Assembly (NCBI GenBank): GCA_031367385.1
Contig: JANLPS010000080.1
Span: forward strand, 1-49,057
Length of the DNA: 49,057 nucleotides
Direction: 5' to 3'
From: Archangium sp.
GTDB taxonomy: Bacteria > Myxococcota > Myxococcia > Myxococcales > Myxococcaceae
Made by a program: the position numbers and the translations under genes. Positions 48,055 to 49,057 of the stretch are shown piece after piece. The first letter of the stretch is position 1, and each line of letters begins with the position of its first letter. The notes under the pieces were generated by a model. It worked only from the letters and a program-made list of their open reading frames with translations. It was not told where the DNA came from and did no database searches.

Positions 48055-49057
48055 TCGTGCGCGCTCTGGTCACATCGGTGTTGCTGACCGGGTTCGCCGC
48101 GTTCGCGCAGACCGAGGCCCCAGTCGAGGCTGCCGCGGTCACGCCGCCCGTCTTGACCAAGTTCGTCGAGGCGCCGTTTCCTGAAGCAGAGAAGGCGTCG
48201 GGGCGGGGCGCGAGCGTCGTGCTGCAGCTCTCGATTGATGAGAAGGGCGCAGTGACGTCGGCGACGGTGCTCACTCCGGCGGTCAGCCCGGCGTTCGATG
48301 AAGCGGCGGTCAAGGCCGCGCAGCAATTCGTCTTTTTGCCAGCCACGCGGGGCGGAGTGCCCTTGGCGGTGAAACTGTCGTACCGATACGACTTCGTGTG
48401 GAAGCAGGAGATGGTGCTCGTGCAAAAGGCCACCGCTGACTTCGTCGGTCTGGTTCGCGATGGCACCTCGAAGGCCCCACTCGCCGGAGCCGTGGTGAAG
48501 CTCGACTCTGGCCAGACCGCCACGACCGATGCCGAGGGCAGATTCTCGATCTCCGACATCGTGCCGGGAGATCACCAAGTGAGCGTGAAGTTGAAGTCGC
48601 TGCCCGGCGTGAAGACGCGCGAAAAGTTCGAGGCCGGCAAGAAGGTCGACGCGACCTATGAGCTGACGACCGAGAAGCCGAAGAAGCCGGCGAGTGAAGA
48701 CGATGAGATCGTCGTGACCGCGCCGCGCATCACCCGGCAGGTGCTGGTGACCGAGGTCAAGACCGAGCAAGCCCGCAAGGTGCCAGGCACGCAGGGCGAC
48801 GTGCTCAAGGTCGTCGAGAACCTGCCCGGGGTGGCGCGCGCTGCGGCAGGGTCGGGGCAGCTGGTGGTGTGGGGTGCGGCTCCGGAGGACACGCGCGTGT
48901 ACCTGGGCGGCGTGCGATTGCCTCGGCTGTACCACGACGGTGGTTTTCGCTCGGTCATTCACTCTGACCTGGTGCGCTCGGTCGAGCTGATACCAGGCGG
49001 GTACGGCCCGACGTACGGGCGTGGCCTCGGTGGTCTGGTCACCGTGCAGTTGCGGCC
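48051..49057 (+). CDS. TonB-dependent receptor with N-terminal TonB-C and carboxypeptidase-regulatory-like domains (partial, runs off window)
   Basis: GTG48051 open to window end (absent from ORF track): signal, FPEAEK..V.LQL.IDE.G.V...FDEAA, TTDAEGRF, EIVVTA, LPGV, GGYG..YGR.LGGLV. Confidence 0.9.
   Translation, partial: MIVRALVTSVLLTGFAAFAQTEAPVEAAAVTPPVLTKFVEAPFPEAEKASGRGASVVLQLSIDEKGAVTSATVLTPAVSPAFDEAAVKAAQQFVFLPATRGGVPLAVKLSYRYDFVWKQEMVLVQKATADFVGLVRDGTSKAPLAGAVVKLDSGQTATTDAEGRFSISDIVPGDHQVSVKLKSLPGVKTREKFEAGKKVDATYELTTEKPKKPASEDDEIVVTAPRITRQVLVTEVKTEQARKVPGTQGDVLKVVENLPGVARAAAGSGQLVVWGAAPEDTRVYLGGVRLPRLYHDGGFRSVIHSDLVRSVELIPGGYGPTYGRGLGGLVTVQLR

Overview
High-GC, gene-dense bacterial chromosome segment. 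It is most likely Myxococcota, inferred from the Cys-rich DAG/DGG-linker lipoproteins, multiple TonB proteins and a TonB-domain-fused receptor. The housekeeping backbone comprises a TlpA redoxin, miaA, tRNA-Leu(CAA), a TetR/MDR oxidoreductase pair with two visible operators, an RsmB-like methyltransferase, tRNA-Ala(GGC), tandem FKBPs, fbaB, TolC+MlaC, a polyprenyl synthase, glgB, a GH13 amylase, PHP hydrolases and mscL. It is interleaved with accessory secreted proteins. Best candidates for an undescribed system: (1) a TCS-flanked operon of PstS-like binding protein, EF-hand-loop porin, YfaP-like lipoprotein, ExbB, ExbD, TonB and a TonB-fused receptor; (2) a 42-bp-period palindromic repeat array before an orphan helical gene; (3) an (NGFSA)6 repeat lipoprotein; (4) two probable pseudoenzymes (an AONS/SPT-like protein without the PLP lysine, and a PHP protein lacking several His ligands); (5) a protein with about 18 knottin-like units whose last unit is cut off by a G7 slip. 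One aminotransferase is a multi-deletion pseudogene. I found no cas genes, integrase or transposase. All calls are by eye, with no database searches.
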